A stretch of 64,000 bases of DNA from Octopus sinensis (GCF_006345805.1 NC_043003.1:7998001-8062000), one strand, 5' to 3'; numbered from the stretch's first letter, positions 11,725 through 26,366 are shown. Made by a program: numbers and translations. The notes: generated from the sequence alone by a model not told the origin.

Positions 11725-12432
11725 TATTATTATTGTTTTACTTTTGGGAACGTTCGATCTTGTCTGTTCTTGTAGATTCAGTGAGAGCAGACATCAGTCT
11801 AATGTCAGAGATCTCACAACGCCACTTCCGCACATTATAAGCTTTGATACTTGGTTGTTAATTATCGTGGGAGACATTCAACATCTAAGTACCAATCTCA
11901 AAATCCTAGCTGTCCCCAACAGAGCAGTTCTGGGCTTTGCTCTGCTCTCATGTGAATTCCTTTGACATTTCTTTGACATATTATTCGAACTTGGTTGTTA
12001 TTGCTCCGAATTCCCCTACAACTACTGGAATGATAGACACTTTCCTCATAGTCCACATTCTTGCAATTTCGTCTTTTAGCAGTCTGTACTTTTCAAACTT
12101 TTCTAGTTCTTTGTTACTTAAGCGTGCATCTCCAAATATTGCAATATCTATGATTTTGGTTTCCAATATCTGGTCTCCGAGCCTCGATTAGGGAGTCACA
12201 TTGGATTGTAAAAACCCACAGTATCTTATCTTCCTTGTTCTCGGTTACTCCTTCTCGTTCATGTTCGTACTATTTCCGTGCTCTATTCAGGCCGTACTTT
12301 TGACATAGCTTCCAGTGGACGAACGTAGCCACATTATCGCGTCTCCTTTTGTACTGCTTTTGTCTCACTTGCTACACTCACTCACAATATGTGAAATCGT
12401 TTCGTTTCTGCTGCCACACATCCTACAAAGGG
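11725..12432 (-). mobile_element. 5'-truncated R4/Dong-like non-LTR retrotransposon (CCHC knuckle + restriction-like endonuclease)
   Basis: CRMCGSRNETISHIVSEC...VHWKLCQKYG...YEHE...KILW..IQCD..IEARRPDI...IIDIAI..D...KELEKFEKY..L...W...IIPVVVG..G...TALLGTARILR; 3' end lies on a short TAA repeat; frameshifted. Confidence 0.88.
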
Positions 12433-12746
12433 ATCGATAAATTAAGTATCAGTTGCGTTATGGAGTCAATCTAATCGACTGACCCCGCTCCCCACAAAAA
12501 AATTTCGGGCCTTGTGCCTAGAGAAGAAAAGAATATTTTAGGTGGCGAGCAGGCGGAAACGTTAACACGCCGGGCGAAATGCTTAGTTGTATTTCGTCTG
12601 TCTATATGTTCTGAGTTCAAATTCCGCCGAGATCGACTTTGCCTGTCATCCTTTCAGGGTCGATAAATTAAATACCCGTTGCGTACTGGAGACGATCTGG
12701 CCCCCTCCTCCAAAATTTCGGGCCTTGTGCCTATAGTAGAAAAGAA
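12433..12746 (+). mobile_element. SINE family A: 3' fragment plus one full copy
   Basis: 3' fragment at 12433-12535; full copy starts GGTGGCGAGCAGGCGG at 12541. Confidence 0.85.
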
Positions 12747-12789
12747 TACATTTACCTCGAATCAGTTTCTGGATCTATCTTTTGCATTT

Positions 12790-12988
12790 CATCTTTTACT
12801 TATTTCAGTCGATAATCTCCGGCCATGCTGGGGCACCGAAATGAAGAGTTTTAGTCACGGGAATTGAGACCAGTAACGCTAAGTTAAGAGGACGAAAAAA
12901 TACCAACAAGGATTGTTGAGCGTTGGTGGAGGACAAACACATACTCAAAGATACACACACATAGATAGACACACACACTTATACATAA

Positions 12989-13032
<44 letters not shown>

Positions 13033-13235
13033 GGACGCAAACACGCAAACACTCCCCAAACACACACTCTCTCACACATATAACTACGACAGCTTCCTTT
13101 AAGTATCACAGATACGTTTACAATGCATTGATCGGCCCTGTTTTGTAGTATAGGATGATGGCCCGAAGTAGCATGCAGTGGGACTGAACCCGGAAACATG
13201 TGGTTGGGAAGCAAACTTCTTACCACACAACCACA
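12790..13235 (-). mobile_element. Degenerate SINE family B with internal microsatellite
   Basis: GGCCATGCTGGGGCACC...GTGGGACTGAACCCGGAAACATGTGGTTGG...ACCACACAACCAC. Confidence 0.75.
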
Positions 13236-13595
13236 CCCGTTTTCGCTTCTTTTTTTTCATATCAACAAGCATCCAGTCGGAAATGCTATCGATGGGACCC
13301 TGCTAAAACAAATGACAGATGAAAATAAAGTATTGAAAATAGAACCAATTCGTGTGCCTATTATTGACATTATGACCCACCCGAGATACGGCTATATATG
13401 TTTAAATACAGCAGTTCACATCCAGAATCGTGGAAGCCAAATGCTAAAACGAAATCATATTTCAAACTTCACGAAGAACTTGCAATGAGTTTTCTATATC
13501 GATACCGATGTGTGTGTGTGTGTGTGTTAGTGTGCGTTGTACTTCTGTCTCAATATCTCTGTATATAGATATACATATACACGCGAGCCCGCGCG

Positions 13596-13636
<41 letters not shown>

Positions 13637-13736
13637 GAACCATTCGCACCGTGAGTGTATAGAAAGTTTGTTTACATATAAAATAAACAAACACGAACTT
13701 GTATAGTTCTTAAATTTGACAGAAATGGGGAGGCTG

Positions 13737-13806
13737 ATTCGCTGGTTTCGAGGTAACACACCTAGTCCCGTTAACAAAGGGATGTGGGTTCGATTCCCAC
13801 GCGGAT
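13737..13806 (+). pseudogene. tRNA-like sequence (GTT/Asn-like anticodon loop)
   Basis: Acceptor-like ATTCGC/GCGGAT, perfect T-arm GTGGG-TTCGATT-CCCAC, loop CCGTTAA and a T-run about 12 nt downstream; D and anticodon stems are poor. Confidence 0.5.
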
Positions 13807-14884
13807 AGGAAAACCTTCTTTTTTCTGTCGAGGGACTTCTATGCCCCTTTATTAGACTATTTTCACTAGTCATTGCACGGTTATTGCTTTAAGATTACAT
13901 AAAAATACCATTATTATTATTTACAGGATTGTAAAAATGGCATCGTATATAAAAAAAACATTCACACCGAAAGCTTATATATATATATTTATACACACAG
14001 ACATATGCATATAAACGTATATGTGTTGTATATCTTCATATATGTCCATCTAGCTTTCTACTCCTCCCTTCTCTCCTACTCTCTTATCTGTAGGTCTTGC
14101 TTATAATCTCGACTGATCTTCCATGCTGATGTCATTATAAATTTAGTTCCTTGACTTTTCCGATATTATTTCCTCAATCTGTACCAAGCTTTCGCTTTCG
14201 CTGTAGCAACAGGTCGCTCTTCTTTCTTCTTCAATATATCACGTGCCAACCTTCCTTCGTATTTCGTTATTTAATCCTCAGAAGTGATAATGTAAAAACA
14301 AAATCCCACGTACTTCGCTGTCTCTATGTTATCTTAATGTATTTTCACAACCATTAGATATATTATACAAGGTTTACTTAGTTCAAAGTTATGCTAAGAT
14401 AAGATTTACAGAATACTCAAAAACATAGCTTGGCTTATAAGTTAACGTCATCGAAAACCACGCAAAAGAAAAATGGCATTTTTCCGCAAACTGTAATAAC
14501 ATTTCATAGAAGATAACACTAAAATAACACTATTATGAATACAAAGCGTGAATTTCATCTAGGCAAGAAAATAATGTATTTTCCTATAAAAATCCTGTGA
14601 TGTTCATGGTGTTTATAAATATTTTAGCAACGTAAATGAAATTAAATGGCTTCAACCTGTATCCAAAATACCTTCGTAAACTTGAATAACCGGAAATTAC
14701 TTCATGCTTTATGGAGCATTAATTCAGTTACAAAATGCAATCCCACGCTTTTTTTAACAGATTTATTAGTTTTAAAAGCAACTATTGATAAAAGGTGTAA
14801 ATAGGCTCCACAGGGCTTTTATTATGGGCTTCTTAAGAGGCATAAGTCATTCTAATGTCGGTACACTATTATTATTAAATAGTA

Positions 14885-15085
14885 AGTCGGGTGTGCTAGT
14901 AGAATCGTTAGTACATCGAGTAAAATGCTTAGCGACATTTCATCCGTCTTTATTTCTGAGTTTAAAGTCGACTTTGCTGTTCATCCTGTTGGAATCGATA
15001 AAATGAGAACCAGTTCAACATTGGAGTCGATGTAATAGACATACTGCCTCCCTAAAATCAATGACCTAACGCCAAAATTTGAAAT
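14885..15085 (+). mobile_element. Degenerate SINE family A
   Basis: AGAATCGTTAG...AAATGCTTAGCG...GTCGACTTTGCTGTTCATCC. Confidence 0.65.
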
Positions 15086-15231
15086 TAATATTGCAGAATA
15101 GTAAAAAAAAATGTGACAGTACAACGCGTCAGTATGGCTATGGGCACGGGCATGGACATCCCGTCGTTTGGAGTGGTAACACTGGGAATGACTTCTTCGG
15201 TTTCAAGTGTCAAAGAAATGTAGCCATTGAA

Positions 15232-15650
15232 GGTGGCGAGCTGGCAGAAACATTTGCACGCCGGACGAAATGCTTAGCTGTATTACGTCTGTCTTTACGT
15301 TCTGAATTCAGATTCGGCCGTGGTCGACTTTGCCTTTCATCCTACCGGGGTCGATAAATTAAGCACCAGTTACGCACTGGTGTCGATATAATCGACTTAA
15401 TCCCTTTGTCTGTCCTTGTTTATCCTCCCTGTGTTTAGCCCCTTGTGGGTAATAAAGAAATAGGTATTTCGTCTGCCTTTACATTCTGAGTTCAGATTCC
15501 ACCGAGGTCGACCTTGCCTTTCATCCTTTCGGGGTCGATAAATGAAGTACCAGTTACGCACTGCTGTAGATGTAATCGACTTAATCCCTTTGTCTGTCCT
15601 TGTTTGTCCCCTCTATATTTAGCCCCTTGTGCACAATAAAGAAATAAGAA
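15232..15650 (+). mobile_element. SINE family A dimer
   Basis: One head and two body units; flanked by AAGAAATGTAGCCATTGAA and AAGAAATATAGCCAATGAA. Confidence 0.9.
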
Positions 15651-16119
15651 ATATAGCCAATGAAATTCATTTCATTATGCTTTTTGAGCTCGCAGAATCG
15701 TTAGCATGCCAGAGTTGCTGAGTTGCGTTTTATCAGAGTTAAAATGTCATCGTGTCGGAAATTACGTGGGGGAGAACGTCACAATTGGTAAGTTGTCTGC
15801 AGGTTTTTATAGATATTGACAAGACCACAGCAGACACGATCCTGGGTATGGAATTCAAGAAAACTATTGGACTCAACAGGTTACTTTTCGGCTAATGGAC
15901 AGAAGGGACTTATTCTAAGTTGCACGTTTTTCTTTATAGGAGAATGAACTAAAATAAAAGAAAAGCCTAACACGGCAGTACAACCCCAAGCCCAGAAGAA
16001 TGAGATGTCACAGTTGGAAAGACATTATTGTTAAGTTGGAAGAAAGCCTTCGCCATAATAACTCTAAAATAGCTTGAGGTGTCATCATTAAAATTAGAAA
16101 AAAAATGTTCACCAATATA

Positions 16120-16322
16120 ATCCTTTCTACTCTAGGCACAAAGCCTGAAATTTTGGCGGAGGTGCCAGTCGATTACATCGACCCCAATAAGCTACTGGTA
16201 CTTAATTTATCGACCGCAAAAGGATGAAACGCAAAGTTGGCCTCAGTGGAATTTGAACTCAACGTAAAGACAGACAAAATACCGCTAAGCATTTCGCCCT
16301 GCATGCTAATGATTCTGCCACC
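16120..16322 (-). mobile_element. SINE family A
   Basis: Reverse complement of the family A body and short tail. Confidence 0.8.
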
Positions 16323-16369
16323 GATATAATGGAACAGCGAAGAAAAGGCGTTCCAAGTCTTTTACTTCT

Positions 16370-16510
16370 GTTGGTGTGTTTACGCCCCCGTAACGTAGCG
16401 GTTCGGCAAAAGGTTCTGATAAAATAAGTATCAGACATAAACGAATAAGTACTGGTGTCAATTCGGTGCCCCAGCATGGTCGCAGTCTAATGTCTGAAAC
16501 AAGTGAAACA
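16370..16510 (+). mobile_element. SINE family B, 3' half
   Basis: GGTGTGTTTACG..CCCGTAAC.TAGCGGTTCGGCAAAA...CCAGCATGG.CGCAGTC. Confidence 0.75.
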
Positions 16511-17694
16511 ATGTTTTGTACCAGAGACAATATCAGTGTTATTCCCTAAGAACGTGGTTTTTTTCTTATTAACACAAAACAATAATTTAAAAAAGTCTTC
16601 GAATCCTTGTCAACATAATTATCAGTTATTCATAATAACACAAAAATAGAAATATTTTCGCAATGGATTTTATAGGATTTTTTTTCTAGCCTAGGTTTCT
16701 CGTGATATCATCTACTGCTCTAAGTTATTATCTGCGTATCTATTCAATTATTGGAATATAAATGAATAGTATTTGTCAGTAAATTGTTAATTATTATTAA
16801 TTATGAGATAATTCTCATATCAACACAGAGTCAGTGATGTGAGTGATTCTGTGTATAAGATATATGAATGAATTTCTGACGGAGGCTTTAGAATGCTGGC
16901 AGTAGCAGTATTCTGTTCTAATATTAACACATATTTGTTTAAAAGTATTTAATCAAATTAAAGACTTAGTGATGGGTGAAAGGAAGGCAAACAGTTGTTA
17001 TTGCAAATTGGTTTTATCGCGTATATCATTCATAAATTTCTGGATATTATTTTCTTTCTTTTCCCTTGACGCAGGACAATATTTTTTAGAAGCGTAAGAT
17101 AAATAAAAATCAAGAGAAAAAATGGCATCTAAAGAAGCTTTTATATTTTATAAGCATAACAAACTTGCGCCAGAGTCAATTAAATCGACTTGTATATGGT
17201 CTTTTCCCAGATCTCAAAGGGACGGATTGTAAAAATCGATCTAAACAAAGATGGTAATCAAAGTAAGGTCGTATCAAACTGGATATCATAAACAGCATCG
17301 TGTTTAACCCACTAACATCCATGTAAAACCATTAATGAGCGCAATCAATGAAATGTGCATGAAGATCATGCTTAGTTAAACATCTTCTTAATATCACGCA
17401 ATTTCCATACAGTTAATAATGTTGAACCTAACACATACACAGTTATATATACCCCCCCCCACACACATACACGCATATACATATAATATATATATATATA
17501 CTTCGCTATTGTATCTGGTTTACAAGATTCTTTATGTGAATTCGTGTGCTGAAGCAATTTTTTTGTGTCTGGGAAAAGTCATATTGTCTTATTATCTAAC
17601 ACATTAACCGGTTCGATTTCTACTCATTCGTTACTTATATTTTTCGACATTTTTATATGTACTTCTATATATGCCTCTCTCCCCCCTCTCTCTA

Positions 17695-17744
<50 letters not shown>

Positions 17745-18604
17745 TATCAGCCGAAATTGCGAAGATGATCCGGTTCTTGACTGATGACTGAGGGCTTCGA
17801 AAGTCCCGTCTGTGTTTTTGTGTCGTCTTCTAAATGTTTCACGTTCTTGTCCCAGTTTGTATATTTTTTTACTTTTACATATATATATATAATTAGAAAT
17901 ATGTATATATATACAGAGAGAGAGAGAGAGAAAGAGAGAAAGAGAAGGGGAGAGGAGGAGGAGAGGGAGGGAGGGAGAAAGAAAATGGATAGTTATTCAC
18001 GCGTACACTTATATAACTACTTTGTAAGTCAGTCTTCAATAGAGCCGCATTTTGGCAGCAAAATTTCAGAACGTGCAGCTTTATTACTCGTCTATATTTC
18101 AAGCAACGATACCCGTATTCAGGAAATTCATTAGGAAATTATACGAATGCAGTACACATCTTTACCTTCTTAAGCCCGTTACAATGGAAATGGGGGACTC
18201 TGGAAAGTCATAGATGATATTTTGGAAATAAGAGAAATTCAAGAAGCATGATTGCGACAAGTTTTCGCTTCTTAACACATTATATAGCACATGCGAAGTA
18301 TTACATGGGAAACCAAGAAAGAAAACAAGGCCTGTTTCATCGTGATCATGATGACAAACACAGACAGAAATATTTCTGATTGCGACATTTGATCAAACTC
18401 TGCCAAGATTCAGATGAGTCAAAACTAAATTCCAACAATAAAAGCGCGAAATAGAGTTGAAAGTGTAGGACAACAAAGGGGCTGAAAAGAACACCGCTGC
18501 TCAGTTCAAAGAGATGCGTAGACTGTATTTTCAGAAGATTTGAATACCTATTACACTTCGTATTATCGTGTCCTTTACACATCGTTATGAAAGTAGTGGT
18601 GATA

Positions 18605-18635
<31 letters not shown>

Positions 18636-18967
18636 GGTTCAAATTTACAGAAAACAAAAAACGAAGACAGCCGAGGGAACAACTAAGAAGAAGATCATAC
18701 ATAGCGAGTGACGTTGAAGAGAATTAATCTGCCTTTATTACAGCGATCCACAAATTTATATATGAATAGAATTTATTGACATCGACGGACAGCCTTCTTA
18801 TTACAAAGAATTAACGAATTTAAAACCATACAGTATTCTGCAACATCATTTTTTCTTGAAAATAGGCAAAATAAGTCTCATAAATTTAGGTAGTTTATTC
18901 TGCATGCAGATTTGAAATCAAGTCCTATAAACAAAACACTGTTTTGTTTATTATGTATGTAGGTAAA

Positions 18968-19348
18968 GGCGGTGAGCTGGCAGAAACGTTAGCACGCCGG
19001 GCGAAATGCTTAGCGGTATTTCGTCTGCCGTTATGTTCTGAGTTCAAATTCCGCCGAGGTCGACTTTGCCTTTCATCCTTTCGGGGTCGAGTTAAATAAG
19101 TACCAGTTACGCATTGGTCGATATAATCGACTTAATCCATGTGTCTGTCCTTGTTTGTCCTCTCTGTGTTTAGCCCCTTGTGGGTAGTAAAGAAATAGGT
19201 ATTTCGTCTGTCTTTATGTTCTGAGTTCAAATTCTGCTGAAGTCGACTTTCTTTTTCATCATTTCAGGGTCGATAAATTAAACACTAGTTGCACTAATCG
19301 ACTGGCCCCTCCCCCAAAATTTCAGGCCTTGTGCCTAGAGCAGAAAAG
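18968..19348 (+). mobile_element. SINE family A dimer with perfect 16-bp TSD
   Basis: ATTATGTATGTAGGTA at 18950-18965 and 19349-19364; the second unit carries the alternative short tail. Confidence 0.93.
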
Positions 19349-20418
19349 ATTATGTATGTAGGTATCTTTCTCATGGATGTTAAAGTCTTCAGACTTTCAC
19401 TTGCGCATGCGTATTGTAACTGAGATAAACACAACTTATGTATAGATTAAAATTTGTAACGAGGATTTTACTTCTTAGCTGCATGCTTATTATAGTGTTA
19501 CTCATATGGTCTCTGTAACAGTAATCGTTTAGAAAATACTTACTTGGTAATTAGGTAAAAGCAGCTACTAAACTAAATTTATGTCTGCTGATAAGATGAT
19601 TAAGAATCACATAAAAATATTGGATTAATTTAATTCGCTTCACTTAGAGACGACGGAAATATTTATATAAATATAATGTTTACAACCGTTGATTCAGAAA
19701 TCACTCGAAACACGATGTACTTCGACAGTGTTAAGACATAATCTTATTAGTTAGTTGTCATCACATTGCGACGAGAGTTGCAATTTCTGTGACAATAGCC
19801 AGTTGAGCATAGTAAGACTGTGTCATGATCTTGTCAATTATGGACAGACAGAGCAACCAAATTTAAATTTCTCTGCAAAAATTTTGTCATATTTCGTGCT
19901 ATAAATTGCCAGATAAAACGATATAGAGTTAAAAGCAGTGGCATATTGCCATCGACGTAAAATTATAACTTCCAAATATAGTGAGTAAAACTGCAGAATA
20001 ACACTTTGAAATGAAAGAACATTGATTGGTGAGCTTCTAGATTTAAAATTGCTGTGAGAAGTGGAATATAGGCTGAAGTCATTTCCTTTCACTTACTTCA
20101 GTAACTTACTTGTAAAATGCATGAATAATACTAATCAATTCCTTATGAATTTTGACCTCAAGTCAAAAGGAAAAAAAGTAATCGATATAAAAAAATCGAT
20201 CGAAAGCGGTTGAAGGGTAGGGACGTTATCAAAATCTGTTTCCCGGTTTCTTTTCTCATACAATTAATATATTCATGAAAAGTGAACATCGATCACTTCA
20301 TTTGTAAATGTAGGACATTGTGATATTGGGCCAAGGTGGACAAGGAATATGAAAATAATGAAAGTGAGAATAAGACAAGGTCATGAGTGAATCAAATCCT
20401 TGATCCGATTTAGCATGA

Positions 20419-20812
20419 GGCGCAGGAGTGGCTGTGTGGTAAGTGGCTTGCTAACCAACCACATGGTTCCAGGTTCAGTCCCAGTGTATGGAATTTTGGG
20501 CAAGTGACTTCTACTATAGGGTCGGGCCGACCAAAGCCTTGTGATTGGATTTGGTAGAGGGAAACTGAAAGAAGACCGCAGTATATATGTGTGTGTATGT
20601 GTGTGTATGTTTGTGTATGCGTGTGTCCAAACATCGCTTGATATCGATGGTGTTGTGTTTACGTCCCCGTAACTTAGCGGTTCGGCAAAAGTGCCCGATA
20701 GTATAAGTACTGGGCTTACGAAGAATAAGTCCTGGGGTCGATTTACTCGACTAAAGGCGGTGCTCCAGCATGGCCGCTGTCAAAATGACTGAATGAATAA
20801 AGGAATAAAAGA
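20419..20812 (+). mobile_element. SINE family B, full length
   Basis: Head GGCGCAGGAGTGGCTGTGTGGTAAG, B-box-like GGTTCAGTCCC, CORE-like TTGGGCAAGTG, internal (TG)n and tail CCAGCATGGCCGC.GTCAAA.TGACTGAA. Confidence 0.9.
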
Positions 20813-20820
20813 ACGTATAT

Positions 20821-20855
<35 letters not shown>

Positions 20856-20856
20856 T

Positions 20857-21292
20857 ATATTAAATTAGAGACAAAACCACTATTATGCAAATTAATAATT
20901 GTTACATTTCTAAATAATATAAATTAATTTATGTATTGACTTAAGTCTTTCTTTGTTTGATTTGCATAATAGTGGTTTTGTCTCTAATTTAATATGATAT
21001 AATATTTTACTATAAAATTGGATTCAATCCTAAATCTGATTTTTCCCTGATATATATATATATATTATATATATATTATATATATATATATATATATTAT
21101 ATTAAATTAGAGACAAAACCACTATTATGCAAATTAATAATTGTTACATTTCTAAATAATATAAATTAATTTATGTATTGACTTAAGTCTTTCTTTGTTT
21201 GATTTGCATAATAGTGGTTTTGTCTCTAATTTAATATGATATAATATTTTACTATAAAATTGGATTCAATCCTAAATCTGATTTTTCCCTGA
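20857..21292. repeat. 242-bp-period tandem duplication of a hairpin-bearing pseudo-LTR fragment within (TA)n
   Basis: Two apparently identical units, each with a perfect 36-bp inverted repeat (20857-20892 / 20960-20995); homologous in reverse orientation to 56000-56140. Confidence 0.85.
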
Positions 21293-21295
21293 TAT

Positions 21296-21367
<72 letters not shown>

Positions 21368-24269
21368 CTAATTCATTAAATCTTGTATCATTAGTGAATG
21401 TGCTCATATTATTTAAAAACCATCAACAATCATCTTTTTGCAGGTCATTCACATATCGGTGATAGAGCGATGGTTTTTCATGTAAACACGTCCGTATCAC
21501 GTTTAAATCCTTTAATTTTGAATTTCATACGATGTGTTACATAATTTGAAATATATGATAAAAACAAATAAATCAAAATCTGTCAAACGTATCATGAGAC
21601 GTGGTTTCGAATGTATATACCTTAACATTAAAGAATGTGACAGACTTCTTTCAAGGCACATAATTAAGTTGTTCAAGGGACATAATAAAAGTGAGCCAAA
21701 TATTTTTTATTCATTTCATTACGTAATTGTCGTCCTGCAGTTGAAACGCTGCGATAAACTGGGAAAACGTGGCAAGCTTTGTTTTCTTTAATTATCTGTA
21801 TATTCTTTGAGAGAAGGTTTCGTTGTGTAAGGCTGCCCTATATGCTGAAGACTTTGTATCAACGACGGATTGAGAGTCTAGTTTCTCTAATAAGGTGGTC
21901 TCGATAATATTTAAATGCAGGTTTCAAATTTTGGCCCAAGGCCAGGATAAGTTTATTATATCGACCCCAGTGTTCAATTGGTATTTATTTTATTACTGTA
22001 ATTCATGTCTCGATACAACCGCAGTCCAATCGGAACGAAGTCTCAATTTTCGTTATGAAACGACCAATGTCTATTCATATTTTATTAAACGTTATATTTT
22101 ATGAAAAGAGGGAAAACATTTGGTGATCTTGATAGTAATATGTTGCCATCCAGTGTCTCTAGAAGAATGACTTGTAAGTATTCTTGTTTTATTTTGTATT
22201 TTATTGTTTTTAATTATGTACAAACATTAAGGTATTTGAGATAAAACATTTAGAGAATCTAAAAGTATATTGTTAAAGTCGAAACCGGTAGGGAATCTTA
22301 TTTACTTTATTTTTCTTAGATTTTGTATTTTCAATTGGTGCAAATACTCATTCAATGATGCTATATTTCGCAATGAGGCAAATCTTTTAATGCATTTTCA
22401 ATATATTATTATACATACAAACATACACACACATATGTACTCTCTGCTCTTTCTCTTTTAACTTTAGAGTAAATTTTGACTGGTTACCTACATGATAGCA
22501 AGGTTGTAAAGGAAAGTATCTTGTTTTAAGTATCATGTATGTATATGTGTGCGACATACTTACATACTGTTTCTGTCTGTAATTTTTTTCAATGTTGAAC
22601 TCATTGCATACAGTGAAAAAAAGAACTCCGAACTACGTTTTGGCGAAAGAAACTTATTAACCCCGCAAATATATACAAAGAATAAACATTATTATTTATT
22701 CATTTGAGTAGTTATATAATTTTATCAATAAATACTTTTAAGTGGTTAGTGTCGATAGATATTTTAAGTGATTTATCTGAAATGATAACATAAGAAAGCG
22801 AAAATGAAATCTTAGAATATAAATTAATTAACCTTTTGTTAACCTCAGTTCAAATGAGAAACGGCTGTGAAACATCATTTATAAAAATATACTTCATGAA
22901 TATGTGGTATATCTCTAACTTTGTAGACAAAAGTTCAGGCTCAACAAGGGATATTATTCAAATTAGAGCCTTGTATTTTGATCAATTAATCCAAGTATAT
23001 GGTTAATTAAAAAGGTTCGGCGAGTGAGTTCGTGACTGGGTCTCCTAAAGAGAGCTGCCAAATCTACCTGAAACACACATCTGCTATTTTAAATAGAAAA
23101 AGGCCAAGCTGAATATTGTAGTCCAAGGCAATGCAAAAGCAAAACGACTCAAATTTGGAACATATTTGAATATATACACGATAATGGGTATTTTATCACA
23201 GTCATAAGCTCGAGCCGAATTGAAAATATTTAAGTTATACGAGATGTGATAGACATAGCAGTAAAATCACCCTCATATCAAGCTCTTCAGTTTTTAATAA
23301 ACCGAAATACACTGGATAAACCATTTACCCGTTGATTACATAAGTCCACTTGATCAGAGCTAATCCGAGAATAAACAACGCCCTCAACGGTCGTTTGAAA
23401 ATCATATCAGTACTCATTAGTAACGTGGGCGTAGTGGGACAGACGACAGAGAAATACAATGATTTTCTGTATTTAGTTTGGTCAGCTAAATTTGGATTTT
23501 AAAAACCAGCAGATTACCCTTCCGGATAACTCAAGATTGTATAGTTTTGGCGCTGATAAAGCCATTGGATCACTTATTTCCAAATTAAATGCAATGTGTT
23601 ATTTTCTTTCACCCTGATTGCGAGGAAGAATATTGACTGCTATAAAAGTTTTGTGACATCTAATGACGAGTGTAAGACGTTATACTACAAACAGTTTGGT
23701 GCTGCCTTTTTGGCTTCGCTGATTCAGTGCTGACGTATTTGACATCAGACGTTTTAATGTTCCTCTCGCCAATTTCGTCTCTGTCTTTCTCTGTTAGTAT
23801 ATCTATCTATTTGTGGACATTTCTACGCGAATATATGTGTATCTGTTTGCTTCCAATGTCACAAAATACTGTGTCACCAAGTATACTGAATGTCCATTCA
23901 GTCGTGCCAAATGCTTAGGGTTGAAACATTCGCGCCAAATCACTTTATGTCCTTTAATTATTTCGCTTAACATTTTCAGTCCAAATCCCACCATCTCTGT
24001 CTTTAAAGGAAGAGGTTGTGTATTTGTCGATGATCTGTTTCCTCCAATAATATTTCTATCGGAAGCTTCCAAAATAGGTTTTTAAAAATGCAATAGATTT
24101 GTAATTCTCAGCTACAAATCCTTGAATGGAGGGCTTCAAACTATGAGTGGTTTACTTTTAAACATCCAGCTCCGTACCTCCTATTCTGAAATGAATGTAT
24201 TGGGGTAATTACGGATAATCTTAAACTTATTCATTGCATTTAGGCCTGTGACGAATTCTCAGCTTGATA

Positions 24270-24515
24270 AGACCGGAGCTTAAGTGATATTCCATGGCTT
24301 ATAAGTGACTGAGATTACGACACTCTCAGCTGAATAGGATACCAGGTCATTCCAGGGTTAACTGCCCGGTTATTACTGAAATTCATATACAGCTGAGTGG
24401 ACAATAGGAACGTGAAATGAAGTATTTTGCTCGAGAACACAATGTATCACCCACTACAGGAATCGAAACCAGGGTCTTATGATCGTGATTGCAACACCCG
24501 GACCACTAAACAACA
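24270..24515 (-). mobile_element. Degenerate SINE group C (CORE-like)
   Basis: CAGCTGAGTGGAC...GTGAAATGAAGTATTTTGCTCGAGAACACAA...GGAATCGAAACC. Confidence 0.65.
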
Positions 24516-25464
24516 CGACGTAACTACGTGTCCATTGATCAAAATACTTAAAGCAGTATCTCTGGGTAACATCTGGGCCCAAAACCCTTCAATTTAGTAA
24601 TCTTTTAAGATGTATAGTGACATTTCCTGACTGACAGTAATAGCATTTTGTTTCGGATTAAGTGAAACCGCCTTTGGATATAATCAATCCACTCTGTTTC
24701 AGATTATCGTTTACAGATATTCTCCTCACGTCCCTCCTCAAGACCGTGCGTTTTATGCGTAAAAGTTTGTAAAAATTCAGCTGTGTTGGAATTGTAACTT
24801 CCTAGGAGTATAACGTTTCAGTTTTATATTCTATGCATCTATTCGTTGCTTCAAATGTTCCACATCGATATGAAAATCTAGATTTCTAAACCAGTGCATT
24901 CTGCCCGTCCATTAAGGATAGTCATCGCCCTGAACTTCTACTTAGCACGTAATTGATATGAAATAACGTATCTATTTTTACAGACCTAAGCAAGGGAAAT
25001 TCGGGCTTCCATACAATGTATGTATAAAGAGAAAATGCATGTATACTTTGTGATGAATGCTCGCTGTAACCACAATGTCCTGGTTATCTTATGGGTTAGT
25101 TTTTGTTATTTTCATTGATTTGAGAATATACAATTGTTTTGTAAGATGTATGGATGCATATTAATGCAACATATAAACGTAATTCCATTCCAAACTGAAA
25201 TTACTAATAGAGAAGAAAGGAGCCGTAATCTTATGGCTACCAAGTGTTTAAATAAATATATTGGTTTCGAATTTTAGTGCAAGCACAGCAATATTTGGGG
25301 AAGAAGTAAGTCAATTAGATAGAGCCTAATATCCAATTGAAGTCGACCTCGGTGGTATTTGAATTCAGAATCAAAACACAGACGAAATGTCGCTAGGCAA
25401 TTTGCCCGGCTGCCAGCTTTGTTGAATAGATATATTCATCTCTCACACCGCCTGAAGCTTTTAT

Positions 25465-25870
<406 letters not shown>

Positions 25871-26366
25871 TATGAGTATACTTAAACAGGATGCGTAAAT
25901 CGTAAATCTAATATTGAAACGCAGCGCCTAAAGGTGAAAAGTAAGGTGAAACATCAAATTACTTTTCTGAACAGTTGAGATGTCCTGAAATTTAAATTTT
26001 CACTTTCCATTTTATTTACTTATTGATTCACTAAGATATTCGTTGCAGTTCTAATCTGATTATTTCGCTGAAGGTACCACAAAAACAAATAGATACAAAA
26101 ATAAGATTAAAATAAAAAAAGATTAGAGTATATTTGTTGAATTTAATTTCCATTGATGGTCTTAGGAGGTAAATTATGTATGTATGTGCGCTGTGTTCTG
26201 CAGAGAAATGACAGCAGAATAGGGGATTAAAGAGAAGAAATAAATCAGTTTTATAGGAGACTGTGGTGAATATTGATGCTCCATCAATAGCACCAACACA
26301 ATGGTTTTAGTGGAAGCGAATAAATACCCAGGTAGGAGGGATATATATATAAACATACGCATACAC

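Noticed and set aside
17748-17876. CTGATGA...CGAAAG motif between (TA)n tracts as a hammerhead
   Set aside because: No convincing stem II or stem I pairing; it may be a pseudo-LTR relic but this cannot be supported.
23030-23400. Two faintly similar segments suggesting an ancient dispersed repeat
   Set aside because: Similarity is too weak to define boundaries by eye.
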